NCBI GenBank assembly: GCA_963807165.1
Contig: CAWDZM010000001.1
Coordinates: 289,521 to 353,520 of the forward strand
Origin: an uncultured bacterium
Lineage (GTDB): Bacteria; Patescibacteriota; Minisyncoccia; UBA6257; 2-01-FULL-56-20
Direction of reading: 5' to 3'
Length of the DNA: 64,000 bases
Positions 63,110 through 64,000 of the stretch are shown here, piece after piece. The position numbers and the translations under genes are program-made. Below the pieces are notes generated by a model. The model was not told where the DNA came from, did not search any database, and saw only the letters and a list, made by a program, of their open reading frames with translations. Numbering within the stretch: position 1 is the stretch's first letter; every line of letters starts with the position of its first letter.

Positions 63110-63586
63110 TTGGTGATTGAGCAATATAAAAGAAATCCAAATACCGTTTGTATTGTTTGTAAAAAAGCTATCTATCGAAGACCGATAGAGATGCGAAGGA
63201 ACAAGGGGAATGTTTTTTGTGGCGCTATGTGCTACGGGATTTTTTGTAGAAAAGAATTCCCTTGTATAATCTGTGGAAAGCCGATATTATCAGGCCTGAA
63301 CAGAAAGACTTGCAGCAGAGTCTGCGCAAATAAAAATAGGGTGGGCATCAAATATAAAAGCGGCGGCCTAAAGGATCGAGTGATATCGCAACGAGCTCTC
63401 AAAATAAGATTGCTGAAAATCAGAGGTGAAAAATGTGAACGTTGCGACTATAATAAAATTGAGATACTACAGACTCATCACAAGGACAGAAATAGAAATA
63501 ATAATTCATTAAAAAATCTGGCATTGATTTGCCCGAACTGCCACTTCGAAGAACACTACCTAGAGAAAAGTTGGCTGAGAAGATAA
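63110..63586 (+). CDS. HNH endonuclease with an N-terminal Cys-rich zinc-binding region, lying between tRNA genes
   Basis: C-terminal HNH motif CERCDY...LQTHHKDRNRNNNSLKNLALICPNCHFEEH. The N-terminal region has seven Cys residues (CIVCKK...FCGAMC...FCRKEFPCIIC). Confidence 0.7.
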   Translation: MVIEQYKRNPNTVCIVCKKAIYRRPIEMRRNKGNVFCGAMCYGIFCRKEFPCIICGKPILSGLNRKTCSRVCANKNRVGIKYKSGGLKDRVISQRALKIRLLKIRGEKCERCDYNKIEILQTHHKDRNRNNNSLKNLALICPNCHFEEHYLEKSWLRR

Positions 63587-63591
63587 ATTAT

Positions 63592-63676
63592 GGAGGGGTC
63601 GGATAGTGGTTTATTCCACCGCACTTGAAATGCGGCCGCCCGCAAGGGCCCGTGGGTTCGAATCCCACCCCCTCCG
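63592..63676 (+). tRNA. tRNA-Ser (anticodon TGA), type II
   Basis: GGAGGGGTCGGATAGTGGTTTATTCCACCGCACTTGAAATGCGG-CCGCCCGCAAGGGCCCG-TGGGTTCGAATCCCACCCCCTCCG, with anticodon loop CTTGAAA. Confidence 0.8.
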
Positions 63677-63705
63677 CAACAACGAAGTACGTTATAATAA
63701 CTATC

Positions 63706-64000
63706 ATGTCCAATACCTCGCACGAAGCGGTCGTGATCCCGGAACCGAAGCTCGCGGAGTTTTTGTTCGCCGATACGCGCGTGGCGTGGGTGTGGCTTTT
63801 GCTTCGCCTCTATATTTCATATACCTGGGTGATGGCGGGGTGGGAAAAAGTGACAAGCCAGACGTGGGTAGGTTCGCAGGCGGGGACGGCATTGCACGGA
63901 TTTCTCGCGGGCGCGGCAGCGAAAGCTTCCGGCGCAAACCCTGCGGTGCAAACATGGTATGCGTGGTTTATCAATAACGCCGCGCTTCCTCACGTCGCAC
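63706..64000 (+). CDS. DoxX-like small membrane protein, N-terminal part; the gene runs off the window end
   Basis: My own translation from the ATG at 63706: MSNTSHEAVVIPEPKLAEFLFADTRVAWVWLLLRLYISYTWVMAGWEKV..., a DoxX-like pattern of hydrophobic and Trp-rich residues. Confidence 0.35.
   Translation, partial: MSNTSHEAVVIPEPKLAEFLFADTRVAWVWLLLRLYISYTWVMAGWEKVTSQTWVGSQAGTALHGFLAGAAAKASGANPAVQTWYAWFINNAALPHVA

Noticed and set aside
63606-63977. 123-aa plus-strand ORF after the HNH gene
   Set aside because: It overlaps tRNA-Ser(TGA) at 63592-63676, and a different-frame DoxX-like ORF starting at 63706 explains the downstream sequence better.

Overview
This is a gene-dense, mostly minus-strand bacterial segment using the standard genetic code. 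TGA is a genuine stop here: prfB carries the classical CTT TGA C programmed +1 frameshift. Several proteins are shortened (SMC 773 aa, UvrA 862 aa, UvrC 434 aa, ProRS without an editing domain), which fits a reduced-genome bacterium, possibly Patescibacteria/CPR; that assignment is inference. Recognisable content: mreB (partial), proS, mnmA, efp, rpsP, smc, rnc, nusB, rpmF, rnhB, hrcA-grpE-nudix-dnaK-dnaJ with an upstream CIRCE-like operator, corA, cysS, dnaB, recR, ychF, an ABC-2 exporter, radC, an orphan histidine kinase, uvrC/uvrA/uvrB, nth, ogt, an F1Fo ATP synthase operon, ftsEX, prfB, and seven tRNAs including a tRNA/HNH-endonuclease cluster. The main unexplained signal is a family of four ~100-135 bp hairpin elements (25245-25370, 28567-28702, 52712-52811, 62729-62844). 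Each has a long basal stem with unique sequence, near-perfect in three copies, closing a conserved two-hairpin core that shows compensatory base changes. Each sits at the 3' end of a gene (dnaB, ychF, atpG, tRNA-Arg) in the same orientation relative to that gene. Other points of interest: the atp operon is interrupted between atpG and atpD by ~1.7 kb holding a 29-bp-inverted-repeat element and a ~0.7 kb structured non-coding region; a 2H phosphoesterase is paired with a P-loop kinase, a candidate RNA end-healing module; a 19-bp direct repeat of the tRNA-Arg 3' end flanks a ~225 bp insert; and three genes are disrupted (recR by two frameshifts, uvrB by an in-frame TAA, mnmA by a frameshift). 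No CRISPR array, rRNA, reverse transcriptase or transposase was seen.
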